Positions 1-12,700 of a DNA stretch of 60,561 bases are shown here, one piece after another; positions within the stretch are counted from its first letter, which is position 1; every line of letters starts with the position of its first letter. Made by a program: the position numbers and the translations under genes. The stretch covers positions 1 through 60,561 of the IMG/VR virus record IMGVR_UViG_3300037488_001994, one strand, 5' to 3'. The notes beneath the pieces are model-generated. The model was not told the DNA's origin. It searched no databases and saw only the letters and a list, made by a program, of their open reading frames with translations. Origin of the DNA: a virus. Its lineage: Duplodnaviria > Caudoviricetes.

Positions 1-16
1 TAAGATAAATTCATTC

Positions 17-727
17 ATGCTCAGTCAGGCCGCGCAGAAAATCGCGCAACAAGACGCAGAGGCAAAACAATTAGAAGCACAAAAAGCCTCACAGACCTTT
101 CAGAAGGAGCAAACGGCCGCTGGATATAAGCATGCCGAAACCATGCAAGAGAAAGGTTTTGGGAACCAGGAAAAATTACAGACCGGCGCCCAAACATTTA
201 CGGCTGGAGAAAACGCTAAAAGCCAGCAGTTGCAAAAAGAACTTGAAGATAAGCGGTTGGCAAAAGCCATCCAGGTTGAACAGGAACAAGGCCGTCAGAG
301 AATGAGGGAAATAGGCGCCCAGGGAGCCAATCAACTCGCAGAAACAAGAGCGTCAGGGGAAGAGCAACGCAAAACGAATGAACAATTATATCCGGAGGGT
401 AAACCAAAAACCGGACAGGGAACATCCAGGGCAAGTAAAGATTTCATGACCTTAAACGATTTTACCACCGGAAAAGAGGTGGCTAAAATCAATGGATTAC
501 AGGCAGATGCCGTATTAAATTACCTTCATACCAACGGAATGCTATCCGAGGAGATAAGCACAACGATTAAGAATTTGAAGGGTATGGCAATGCCGGACGA
601 TCAGCAAAAACGAATAATTGCAAAGTATTATCCAAAAATCACACCGGAAGTGTTGAATAACATTTTACAGACCAACGCCGGCGATCAAACGAATACTGAC
701 GATCCATTAGGTTACGGAATCAAATAA
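17..727 (+). CDS. Putative internal virion/DNA ejection protein (Gln/Glu-rich coiled coil)
   Basis: 236-aa Q/E/K-rich helical ORF directly upstream of the giant virion protein; call is positional. Confidence 0.4.
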   Translation: MLSQAAQKIAQQDAEAKQLEAQKASQTFQKEQTAAGYKHAETMQEKGFGNQEKLQTGAQTFTAGENAKSQQLQKELEDKRLAKAIQVEQEQGRQRMREIGAQGANQLAETRASGEEQRKTNEQLYPEGKPKTGQGTSRASKDFMTLNDFTTGKEVAKINGLQADAVLNYLHTNGMLSEEISTTIKNLKGMAMPDDQQKRIIAKYYPKITPEVLNNILQTNAGDQTNTDDPLGYGIK

Positions 728-737
728 ATCTTACAGC

Positions 738-3700
738 ATGGAACCTGTTGTCGATGTTAAAAAGAAAACCATTTCTGAATTTGCGGCCGACATTAAGAAA
801 AAATATCCCTTATACAAGGATGTTGACGATAATAAGTTGGCAACAGATTTCGTGGCTAAATTCCCTAAGTATAAGGAATTTGTTGATTTTGGAACAACGG
901 AACCGATAACGCCCCAGGCAGAACCGGCCCAAGTTGAATCAGCGGACACCACACAATCGGCGGTTACCGATACTACTCAACCGGAGGTTGCCTCACAAAC
1001 AGTACAACCAGCAGTTGCCGATACGACAAAAGTTGACGCACCGGAATTTTCTTCCGTAAAACCTTTGGGTCCGGTTAAAGAAAAAGGAAATGTATTGGAG
1101 GGATTTGGTACCGGATTTCAGAGAGATTGGGGAAATATTCAGAAAGGTGTTGGACAATTATCGGTTGATTTATCAGGGAAAGAGAATATAAACGCTACCG
1201 CCGAGGCTCTTAAAATAGGGTCGATATCACCGACAGAAGATTTTGCTAAACAAAAGGAGGCATACCAGGAAATATACGATGAAACTAAGGCCAATGGTGC
1301 TGAACTTGAAAAGGAATATCAGAAGATTGCCAGCCAGCATTTCAGCGTTTATGTTCGTGGAACAGATAACGACACGCGCGAAAAAATGGCCGAAGCCAAT
1401 AAGCAAAGGGCATTAGAGAAGTGGAGTAAGTTTCCGGAGTATCAGGAATACCAGGATAGGCTCAAACTGATATCTGAAAAGATCAGTCAGTATGGTACCC
1501 TGCAAAAAGAAAAAGAGGCTAAGACTATTCTTCCTGGTGGAAGTATGATGCCTATTCCTGTAACACAATTTGCCGAGAAAACATCCGAGGAGGCCGCAAA
1601 AAATATAACCGATCAGGCCGGTACAAAAAGTTGGGGTGAACAAGTTGTTGACAAGGGTGTAGAAGATATTGTTTCATCTGCCATGAAATCGGAAACCCAT
1701 GAGGGTTGGGGATTTAAGTTTGGAGAGAAAACGGCAACCATGTTACCACTTGTTGCGGCAATGGCCGCGAGAGCGATACCGGTTGTTGGTCCGGTAATAG
1801 GAGGCGCCCTGGGAACTGCCACAATGGGAGGATTTGTTCTTTCGGGAGCCGGCGGAATGGAATATGCCTATGAAGAGAATCAGAAGAAATTAGGGAAGCC
1901 TATTGATCCGGAAAGCAGAGCATTATACGGTATTGCTGGCGCATTGGCCATGTATATACCAATGGCCCTGGGATTCAAGTCGCTGGTACCCGACAAACTG
2001 ATGAATAAGTTTGTTGCAGAAACATTGCTTAAAGGAGGTTTTGAAAACGGAGGGAAAAAGGTTTTGGTTGATTTCGTGGCCAAAAATCCGGAGTTGGTTA
2101 AGCGTATGTTGAAGGATACCGGTGAATCAGCAATTACCGGAGGTACAATGATGGCCACTACAACCGAACTTAATATTGCCCTGGAGAATACATTCAGAGA
2201 GGGTGATGATAAGGTAGGATTATTGCAGGCACTAATTGAAGGTACCAAGTCCTTTGGTGCCGGTATTCTTATGGCTGGTTTGTTTGGCCCGGGAAAGACT
2301 TTGGCCACAAACTCAATGATGAAACAAATGAGGGCCAAGCGCGGAACAGTAACGCTGGCCACCGATGGCAATACCGGTGAAGTATTTGAGGTATTTGGGC
2401 AAGACAATGGTAATTTTACCGGATTCACCAGGACCGCACAATCAATTAGTGTTCCGGTAGATCAGGTTACCAATAAAATAACCATTCCTGTAAAATTGTT
2501 CAATGAGTTGGAGAAAACTGTTCCTAAAAATATCCAAGCCGCGAAGGATTTGGAAATGCAATTTTATAAGGATCAGGTAGATTCAAACCTTACAGAAGTA
2601 ATGAGGGGGATCACCAACGCAAATGGTGAAGTGACCAAAGGAAAATTACCGGATCAGTCTGATGTTATTCTTATCCAGGGTGAAATTGGTGTTGATACCA
2701 AGGTCAGGGTAGTGGATGGTATGGGTAATAAATCGTGGATTGATCCAGCCGAGTTGCACAATGTAGAGGTTATTCCGGCTGATGTATATGCCGAAGGACT
2801 GAGAAAGACCCAATATGACAGGATTGGTATTACTCAGGCGGAAAAAGATCAGGCGAAATTAGCGGCCTATGACGAGGCTGATGCCAAGGCCAGGGATTTC
2901 ACCACACTTATTCAAAGCCAGGATGATCCTGGATTTGCAGTCCGTACCACAAGTGTCGAAATGGTTGAAAATGCCGATGGAACTAAAACTCCGAAGGTAT
3001 GGTATATTCGATCCAGCAAAGTTGGACCCGATGGCAAGTCATTATTCGCGCTGGTGGATGCAGATGGTATAACCAAGATTACAACCGCCGAAAATCTGAC
3101 TCAACCGGAAATAATACCGCTGGATCAGATTCACCAAGAGGTATTAAAAGGTTTAACCACGGAGATTGATATTGCAAGTAAGGAGCCTACGGCCGATGTT
3201 TTTGGTTTTGAGGTTGGTAATAGGGTAACCGTCAATGGTGTATCCGGAGTTATTACCGATGCCAGCAGACCGGAGGACGGAATTGTTATTCGATCCAAAG
3301 ATGCCGATGGGTTAGAACAGGATATTTATGTGGAACCCAAGGATTATGGAACCATATTGCCGGAAGAAGTTGCACCGGCCGCACCTATGGCGGAAGCACC
3401 GCCAGCCGAAGTTGCACCAGCAGAAGTGCCACCGGTTGCGGAAGTACCACCGGTTGCAGAGCAAGCACCGGCCGTACCGGTAGAACCACCGCCACCGCCA
3501 AGACCTACCACCTGGGCCATTGGGAAAAAGAATTTCAATATTGAATATGACGATACCACCGGTAACAAATATATTCCCTTTACGGAGGGAACTGATGAAA
3601 CCGCGACTATTAAAAAAGAGGTTGACTTAACTCAGTATGATGTTGTTCCGAGGACCAAAGAAGTTAAGGCCCCTGGAGCGCCTGAGTTTGCCAAGCCTGT

Positions 3701-6700
3701 TAAAATCACATTAGGAGTTGACATTATCCCTAAAAAACAGAAAAATGAAACACCAAAAGCGCCCCTGCAAGGGAAAACCCCCGAAGAAGTAATTCCGCCG
3801 GTTACGCCGACAATGGTTACACCACCACCGGTTCCGCTGGTACCGGAAGTTGCCGGAAAACCTTCCAAAAAGGCCGTTCCTGTTAAGTATAAAGGAGCAG
3901 ACTATCTGATCGATGGTGAAAATGTATGGGTTGTTCCAAAGAAGGGAGAGCCTATGCTATATTCCACCACGCCGGAAGTCATTAAGGCCATGAAGGAAGA
4001 GGCCACAAAGGGTGAAGAAGACGATATTTCGTTCAATCCGGAAGATTGGGAAGTACCGCCGGCACCGCCGGCAGATAGCCAGGAATATAATAAATGGGTA
4101 TCCGAACACAGTACCGATCCTAAAGAGGTTTCCGCGGCTTATGAAACAGAAATGTTTAATAGGCCAATAAAGAAACTTGCTCCATGGCAAGAAAATTTCA
4201 TTGGCTCAAAGATTACTCAGAAATCGTGGAAACGGTTTGGTGATCCGAATTGGACCAGCCAGGGATTGGCCCAGGCATGGTTCTTAAAGGGTGACGAAAG
4301 AGATAATCGGGATGGAGATTTGGACGGTATTGCCCAGGAACTATCAGAGGATTTTGGAATGGAGATTACTCCTCAAATGCTGGTAGAATTTATCATGCAA
4401 TTCCCAAACAACAATCCAAGAAAGACCACGGATGTTCAAATGGCCCTTGCCAAAAGGTATAATAAATTAACCGGCACAAAAACATACGATGAAAGAACCG
4501 GAGAATTAAAGGCCGGATATGAACCATTAACTCCTGATGAAGAGGCCATTGCCTTAAATTTAGGTGACGATTTGCTGAATTTTTTAGATGAAAATAAAAT
4601 TGATTCAGTAGAATTATTGGATCAAATACGAGCAGAACATTTTTCAGAAACAAGTTTCCCATTTGGACCAAAAGATTATGAAAAATCAAGAACCCACCTC
4701 ACCAAAAAAGCCAACCGAAAGGCAGATAGCGGCATTTCGAAGACTGAAAAAGATGCAACAGATGAAGGAGGAGCAATCCCAGGAGAAGATGGCCAAGGAC
4801 CAGGCGAAGAAATAGGAGATATTTCCTTTAATCCTTCCGAATTTGCCGGAGAGAATATACCGGCAGGCAAAACCATTGACGGATTCAATTTCGTTCCAGA
4901 TGGAAGAGATATGCGCTTATCCAAGGAGTCACTTCCGCTGGCCATTGAGCATATCAAAAAGGTTGGGTTTGTCGGTGAGTTACCAACAGACACAACCGGA
5001 GGGCAGTTTTTACGGAAAATTTCTGAGGCCATTGTTAATTTTACCAAGGCCAGGGAATTTGGATTTACCAAGTACGAGTTTAATGATAGTGGCTGGAGTG
5101 ATTACAATTTGGAACAGGAGGAAATTCCTCTATTGACCAATAAACCTGGATGGGCATTAACCAACTATATCACCCTGGGTAAAGGCCCCAATGGTAAGTA
5201 TGCACAAGGTTTTTCCATGCACATAGGGAATGGTGGCTACGCTGGAGGACCGTCAATATTTGGTGAAATATATGACACCAGGGAACAAGCATTGGCCGGA
5301 GTTATTGCAGAAATGCGAAAAGGTGCAGAAAAAGAACTTGAAAAGGATGAAAGTGCAAGATCAAATGCGGAAGCAAAAAAAGTCCTTTCAGAACTTGATC
5401 GGATTGAAAGCGGAAAGCCAAGCGCACCAGCACCCAAGCAAGTAAAGGTAAAATTCACCGACAAACAGGCCGCGGATCACTTTGACAGGCTTGTTTCAGA
5501 CCTGGGGGAGAATGATGTTAATATTCTCCTTGATGGATGGGAAACAGGCGCACAACTTACCGAAGATGGTGAGATAACCATTGAGGGTAAATATCGGAGA
5601 GGAGCCGAGAAGGGTATGGGGGAATCAGAGAAAGGTTCAGTTAAGAAATTCATAACCTGGTTGCTGGATGAAAATGCCGATATGCCTTTCGATGAAAAAA
5701 CGATGGGCAAAGACATTGCCGATGATAGCGATTGGGCCGATGTTGTTGATCGGGCCAGGACCGCCGCCAAAGGAGAAACGGTTGTTCCGGCTATACCAAA
5801 AGACATGCAGAGGGATCATGATTTTCTTATCGAACAGAAAGCCATGATAGCAGAATCCATTTCCGAGGCCAAGGATACAGGGTTGACGGTTGAGGAGATT
5901 GATAAATTGAGGGGATTGAAAAAAAGGCTGGATGATATACAGTCCTATTTCAATGAGGCCATAAAAAATGGAACCGTTGCTGAATCAAAATGGAATGAGA
6001 TCAGCAAGATACAACAGGAGCATAACGATATTTATGAGCAGTTAGGCAAAGATTTTGAGGGCGTTGACGAAACCAAAATTGTTCCTACTGACATAAACAC
6101 CTTTATTGCTTCCGCGAAGTATGCAAATGAGGCCGGTAAAACCTTTGGTGAATGGTGGACCGCCGTAAGAGAGGAAATGAAAATTATTGCCACCGGCAGG
6201 GAAATGACCATGCCGAGTATGAATAACCTTGTCAATGCGACATTGAAGGGAGCCGGTTATGATGTGGCTAATGATTTATGGCAAGAAATTACCACCGGAG
6301 TCAAACACCAGCAGATCGTTGAAGACAAAAATAAATATCGGAAATCCAGGCAGAGTATCATTGATATGATAAATGCGGACCATAAGGAGCCAATGGCGCA
6401 ATATGTTCCGGAGGAAATTATTCAATCAGAAGTTGAAATTTCAAATAAGTTGCTTGATTTCTTTGAGAAGAACGGAATATCCTATGATTCACAAGATTCA
6501 AGAAGAGGACTTTATGGTGATTTGAGGGATAACACCAACGGCGGATTGCTTACCAGGCTGGCAATGGATATTAAGGCCGGCAACGAGGCACGAATAGCCG
6601 AGGATAAGGCCAAAATTGCCGAAAATACCGCAAGGTTTAATGAATTACTCAAACAGACCGAGCCGGAGTATAGCAATGCCAATGCGGAAAGATTAATGAA

Positions 6701-9700
6701 CGCGCAGGCTGAAAAAGATGCTCAATATTGGGATGGCATTAAGGTAGGCCAGGATGTAATAGTAAGTACCGGTGACCGTAAACTTCCAGGTAAAGTGTTG
6801 GATATTATTAAGCCTATTGATGAAGCCAAAGAAGATCGATGGAAGCGACAATATAAGGTTGAAGTAAACGGCCAGGCTATTTCTGTTAAAAGGAACGCCC
6901 TGGAACCTATCACACCGGCCCCCAAAGGTCAGATTATTGTCGGATCGCTACCCAAGATTGATTTTGTCACCCCACCGCCGGTATCAACCGGTCGAAAATT
7001 GACATTCAATAAGGCAAAAAAAGTAGAGCCAAACATTCCGTATCCTTTTGATCCTTCCATAAGGGTTGACAAATACACCATTGAGTATATGAGTGGGGCC
7101 GGCCATTATGAGAAAGTTTTCTATTTAAACACCGGCGCCAAGGCTGATTTTCCAAAATATGCCACCGAGGAAGAAATTGACAAGGTTAAGGATCAGGTTA
7201 CAGTACCGCCGGCCCAGGGGCGTACCCCCGAAATGCCCCCGATTGCCCCTGCAAGGAAGAAATTTAAGGTTGACACCACGAATAACGAGGAGATACAAAA
7301 GGCCAAGGATGATCTTAACAAACTGATCGGGAATAATGATGTTGAGTTGCGCGAACCGGTTGCCCCTTATGGTGAAAAAGATGCCAGGAAGATCATGTAT
7401 GCCGGCCTGCCGTATGCCTTTGAGTTGGCCAGCGTTATAGAGAGAGAAACCGGAGAGTTGATTTACGATGATTTTGCCCAGGCCATGGTTGACGAGTTTG
7501 GGAACAATATCAAACCGTATGTGAAGATGATGTATGAGGGTATCCGGAATGATCCTTCAAAAGAAAACACCAAGTTTAGCGACTACCCTTATGTTAAGTC
7601 ATTTGACATTAACAAATTACAACAGGATACGCAACCTGACGAGATAGAAATGCGTAAAGAGATTAACGACCTTAAAAATCAAGACGATGTTGGGAGTAAA
7701 TCAGGAGATATTACAGGAAATCGCCCGAACACAGGCGATGAAGTACCGGCTGACAAAACAAATATTCCAGGCCAACCAGGATCAAGTGAACACCTTCGAA
7801 GAGGCGCTGATACAGGAACAAGTGAAACAGTTGGGGCCAACCCTGCGGATCAAGAGTTCGCCGGAGGACTTCTTTTCCCAACTATGGAGCGTCCTACCCC
7901 TGCTCCTGGAGAACGAGGCAATAAGCCGGTTCGTACAGGCAAAGAACAGTCCGGCGCTCCGACAGGCTTTGCCGGAGATCGTATCACCGGAGGAGGCGGC
8001 ACAAGTAATATATTTGGACCATCGGACAGAGCAGAGGGAGTTGGCAGAGATGAAGAGGCTGATGCAGAAAATGATGAACACGCTGAAAAAGGCATAGACC
8101 TTGTAAGCCTAAAGGCCAAACAACAAGCCGTTGAGAAATCACCGGTTATTATGGGGGATATCGATAATATCCGCGAAACCCTGCCGGCCTTATTCCCACA
8201 ACAACATGACGATGTACTGAAAGCAGAAAAGAGGTTTTTCAGCGGTGCCGGCCCGAAAAATGCAATGGGCAAGGGAATGTTGTTTACCAATGGTACCGGA
8301 ACCGGAAAGACCTTTTCGGGAATGGGCATTGTAAAAAGAGCCATAAAGAATGGCGCCCAGGATATCCTAATCATAACTCCGAGTCAATCTTTGAACCGTA
8401 CCTGGATGAAGGTTGCAGGGATTTTGGGTGTTGACGCCGAGGTTCTTCCAAACACTTCAACCGCTGGTACCAAAAAGGTTGTGATTACCACTTATTCAAA
8501 CTTTAGAGGAAATGAAACCCTAAAGGATGTTGATTACGACTTGGTGATGTATGATGAAAGTCAGAACATTATGAGTGGCAAGAAAGGTGACGAGGTAAAA
8601 TCCGCGTTCCTTCATTATAAAATAACCAATCGGGATGCCGAGAGCGCGTTACTCAGATTAAAGGACCGTCACCCATTATGGATGGAACAGGCCGTTTTGA
8701 CTAACCGGTGGAACCATCTTAATAAACTTGTAAATACTTATAGGTCAGATAACCAGCAAAGGGATCGGGCAGAGATTGAACAGATACTCCAAAAGATTGA
8801 GGGTATAAAGGTTGAACAGGACAAGGTTATTTTCGCCATGACCGAGAGGGCAAAGGCTTCGGTTGACAAAACCAAGGTAGTTTTCCTTTCGGCCACGCCG
8901 TTTAACCAGCACAAGAGTTTACGGTATGCCAATAAATATATCTTCGATTGGGGTCCGGACAAGACGAGCCGAGGATATAATGAGCCGGATGCCGAGGGCC
9001 AATTCTTTGTTGACAACTTCGGGTACCGGATCAGATACAACAAACTTACCGCGCCGGAGATATCAGAGGCAGGAATGATGGGTGAATTGGAAATGACCTT
9101 TACCGAGAGGTTGCGCGAAAGCGGTGCATTGAGTGGCCGCGCGCTGGATAGCGACAAGGATTACTCCAGGGATTTTCCAATTATCGTGGGTGTGGATGCT
9201 GAACGCTACAATGCGGCAATATCTGACCTTCTTTCCCATAATGACGAGTTTAATGCGATCAGAAAATATGCTTCAGATGTTTTCTACAACTATGAGTATA
9301 GCACACAGTTGTTTGAATCCATGAAATCTACTCTTACGCTGGATCGTATTCAACAACATTTGGACCTGGGGCGCAAAGTTGTGGTATATCACCGCCGGCA
9401 CATGTCCAATGTATATCCGCCATTCCAAACCATTGAAATGAATTTGGAGGAGGCAAAAGGATCGATTGTGAACGGAATGCGCGTTGATACCAAGGATGCA
9501 GAGGCTCAATGGGAGGCATTCAAACAGAAATATCCGGACCTGATAGAATATGATAAAACGCTGGAGATTGATAGCGTTATCGATAAGATCACCGGAAGAT
9601 TTGGAAACAAAGTTGGATTACTTAATGGCCGCGTTCCTGACAAGATCAAAAAACGAAACATTGAGAACTTCAATAATGATGATAGCGGTATGGATATCTT

Positions 9701-12700
9701 TGTCATACAGGAGCAATCCGGTAAGGAAGGATTAAGCCTACATGATACCACCGGCAAGAAGCAAAGGGTACTGATAAACATGGCCCTGCCACAATCTTCC
9801 ATAACCACATTGCAGATTGAGGGCCGTATTTTCCGGATCGGAAATCAATCGAATGCTATTTTTGAATACCCGATACTTAACCTGGACCTGGAACTATACC
9901 TATTTGGCACCAAGTTTAACAAATTACTGAGTACAACCGAGAACCTGGCCATGGGCCGTTCATCCAGGGATTTAATCAGCAGTTTCCGTGATGGAGTTAT
10001 CTTCGGGAAGAACACCGATGCCCCAAGTATGGAGCAAGGAGCCGGAGGTAAAGATTTGGATGCAAGGCCAACCACCGTAACATCAAAATTCGATTTGGCC
10101 AAGGCAACCTATTTCACCAACCTAAGAAGGACCGCAAAAAATAAATCCAGGGAAGGAATTGACTATTACCCAACGCCGGAGCCGGTAGGTTTGGCAATGG
10201 TGAATTGGCTGAATCTTACCCAGGGTGAATCCATGCTGGAGCCGGAAGCCGGACACGGTGCAGTTGCTATGTGGGCGCCGAGCAATGTTATTATGAAAGC
10301 CGTTGAGCCAAGTTACGAACTGTTTACCAAGTTGGAGGTTCGCGCTGGTGGAGTTGGCCGGTTCCTGTTCAATCAGACCTTTGAGAGTTACAATACGATC
10401 AACAAGTTTCATGGTATTGCCATGAATCCGCCTTATGGTTCCGGAGGGAAAACTGCCATGGACCATTTCGAAAAGGCATTGAAACACCTTAAAAACGGTG
10501 GCCGAGTAGTGGCCATTGTTCCCAACGGTCCATCCATGGATAAACGGATGGACAAATTCATGGACGAGAAAGACGAGGATGGAAACTATGTAAACGCCAA
10601 TTACCATGTGATTGCAGAAGTCATTCTACCATCCGTCACCTTTGAGAGAGCCGGTACCGCAGTTAATACCAAAATTCTTGTTATTGATAAGGTTGTTCCG
10701 CCGAAAGTTAAATCCCTTGAAAAGATACGCGAGGAGATAAAGACGGCAGATACCCAGGCCTTAATGAGTAGCAGGTGGCATGTAATGTTGACGCCGGAAC
10801 AAGTAAAGGCCGAGGCTCAAAACCGGTATGAAATGGCCCTGGCAACACAGGCCGCGATAGATATTCAGCCTACCCGACAGATCGATTTGAGTTACATAAC
10901 TGATATCAATGAACTGTTTCAAAGCATTAATGATATCGGAATGCCTGACCGGATAAGATTTGAGAAAACACCGGAAGAAGTTGCGGAAGAAACACCGGTC
11001 GCTCCAGCCGGAGGAGGCCTTTTGGAGAATGAATATAAGGTTCAGAACGATCCGTATTCCGGTGAACCAAGGGAAATGGTTTTGCTTAAAAAGCGGTTAC
11101 CGAAGGATGTTTACCGCATGGTGGCAACCAAGGCCGCTGAGATTGGATACCCAAGGAATTACAATCAGAACAAAGGTGGCGGATTTAGGCCTGGGTTTAT
11201 GTTCCAAACGAAAGAAAAAGCCTTAGAGTTTAAGTCATGGCTTGATAATTACCAATTTGCCCAAGAATCGGCAGTTGCCTACAAGGTTGGGAAAACCTAC
11301 TTAACACTTTTGGACAATGCAACACCGGAAACTTTATCTGAAATCAATCGTGCTTACGGAAGCAAAGAGGCGGCGATTACGGCAGTTGAGAAAACTGTTG
11401 AACAAGCCAGGCAACTTGTCCTTGATTTTTCCGGACGAGTCAGAGGTTCCATACCAAAAGGCGTTCACAAAAGATCAGTCATTGAAGACTTCCAAGAGTC
11501 CGGATATGTAGATTTTGTCGGACGAAAATTCAATGGTTCCCAGGATATTGCCGACATGTGGAGTATCCACCGGTCACCATACATTGAGAAGAGCCATGCG
11601 ATATTCACCAAGAACCAAACTATTGTTGGATCATTGGCAATAACCGTAAACAATCAGTCCGCGGTTCAATTACCCGATGCAGGGTTGATTGCGAAAGCCT
11701 TAAAGGTTTTTGGAGCCGATGGGTTTGCCCTGGTGCATAATCATCCTTCCGGTAATTCTGTTCCAAGCGAGAACGATGTAACGGCAACCAAAATTCTATT
11801 GGGTCGTTTACAAAACAGTCCTATCAATTTTTGGGGCCATGTTGTTATAAATCATGGAACATACTCCTTTATCGATGGGAACGGTGGGGTTGTGAATGAT
11901 TTGAAATATTCAACACCGGTACCGAGTTTATATAAACCAAGGGCCGATATTAAAGACCCTTTGACCGGTAAGGGGAGTCCTGAGAAAATGGGAGAGATTG
12001 GCCGGTCGTTGCTAAACGCAGAAGGGTACCAGGCGGCGGTTGTGTTCCTGTCTATGAAAATGGATATTAACGCTTATGAACAGTTGCCGGTTACCACGCA
12101 CAATGAAATGTTTGATTTCATTGAGAGAAGGATGGGCGGAAAACAACCATTGGGATCAGCCTTTGTTATTATCCACGATGGTTCCGATCAGTCAAACGCC
12201 ATTTTCGGAAAATATAGTTCCTGGCCATCCGGCGCGAGGGATATCATTAATGCCGAAACCGGCATAAGTAATGATTTTGATGAAAGCAATATCGAAATAG
12301 GCAGAAGGACCAATCCGGAAGTTTTATGGGTTGAAGAGGGCCGAGTAGATTACACAGACCTTTCTCCAGCCAACCGGAATAAGATTGCCATTAAATCAGC
12401 CGAATTTGACGCCAAGATTTCCGGTATCAATAAGGAATTAGGCCGGATCAAGAGGGAAATTGAAACCAAAAAGGGTACCCTTTCGAATATTCAGACTTCC
12501 CAGGGCGATTTGTTTGCCGGAAATGTGTTTGGAGCGCCGGAACCTGTGGCCCCGAAACGCGGTGAATTTGCTGGAAGTTTCTTTGATGTGGCTCCGGATG
12601 CTTCTGACGCCAATGTTCAAAGGTTAATCCAGCCTTTACAGAATCAGTTAAAAAGGTTATCCGATGATCTTCTATACACCATGCGTTCAAAAGAGGCCTG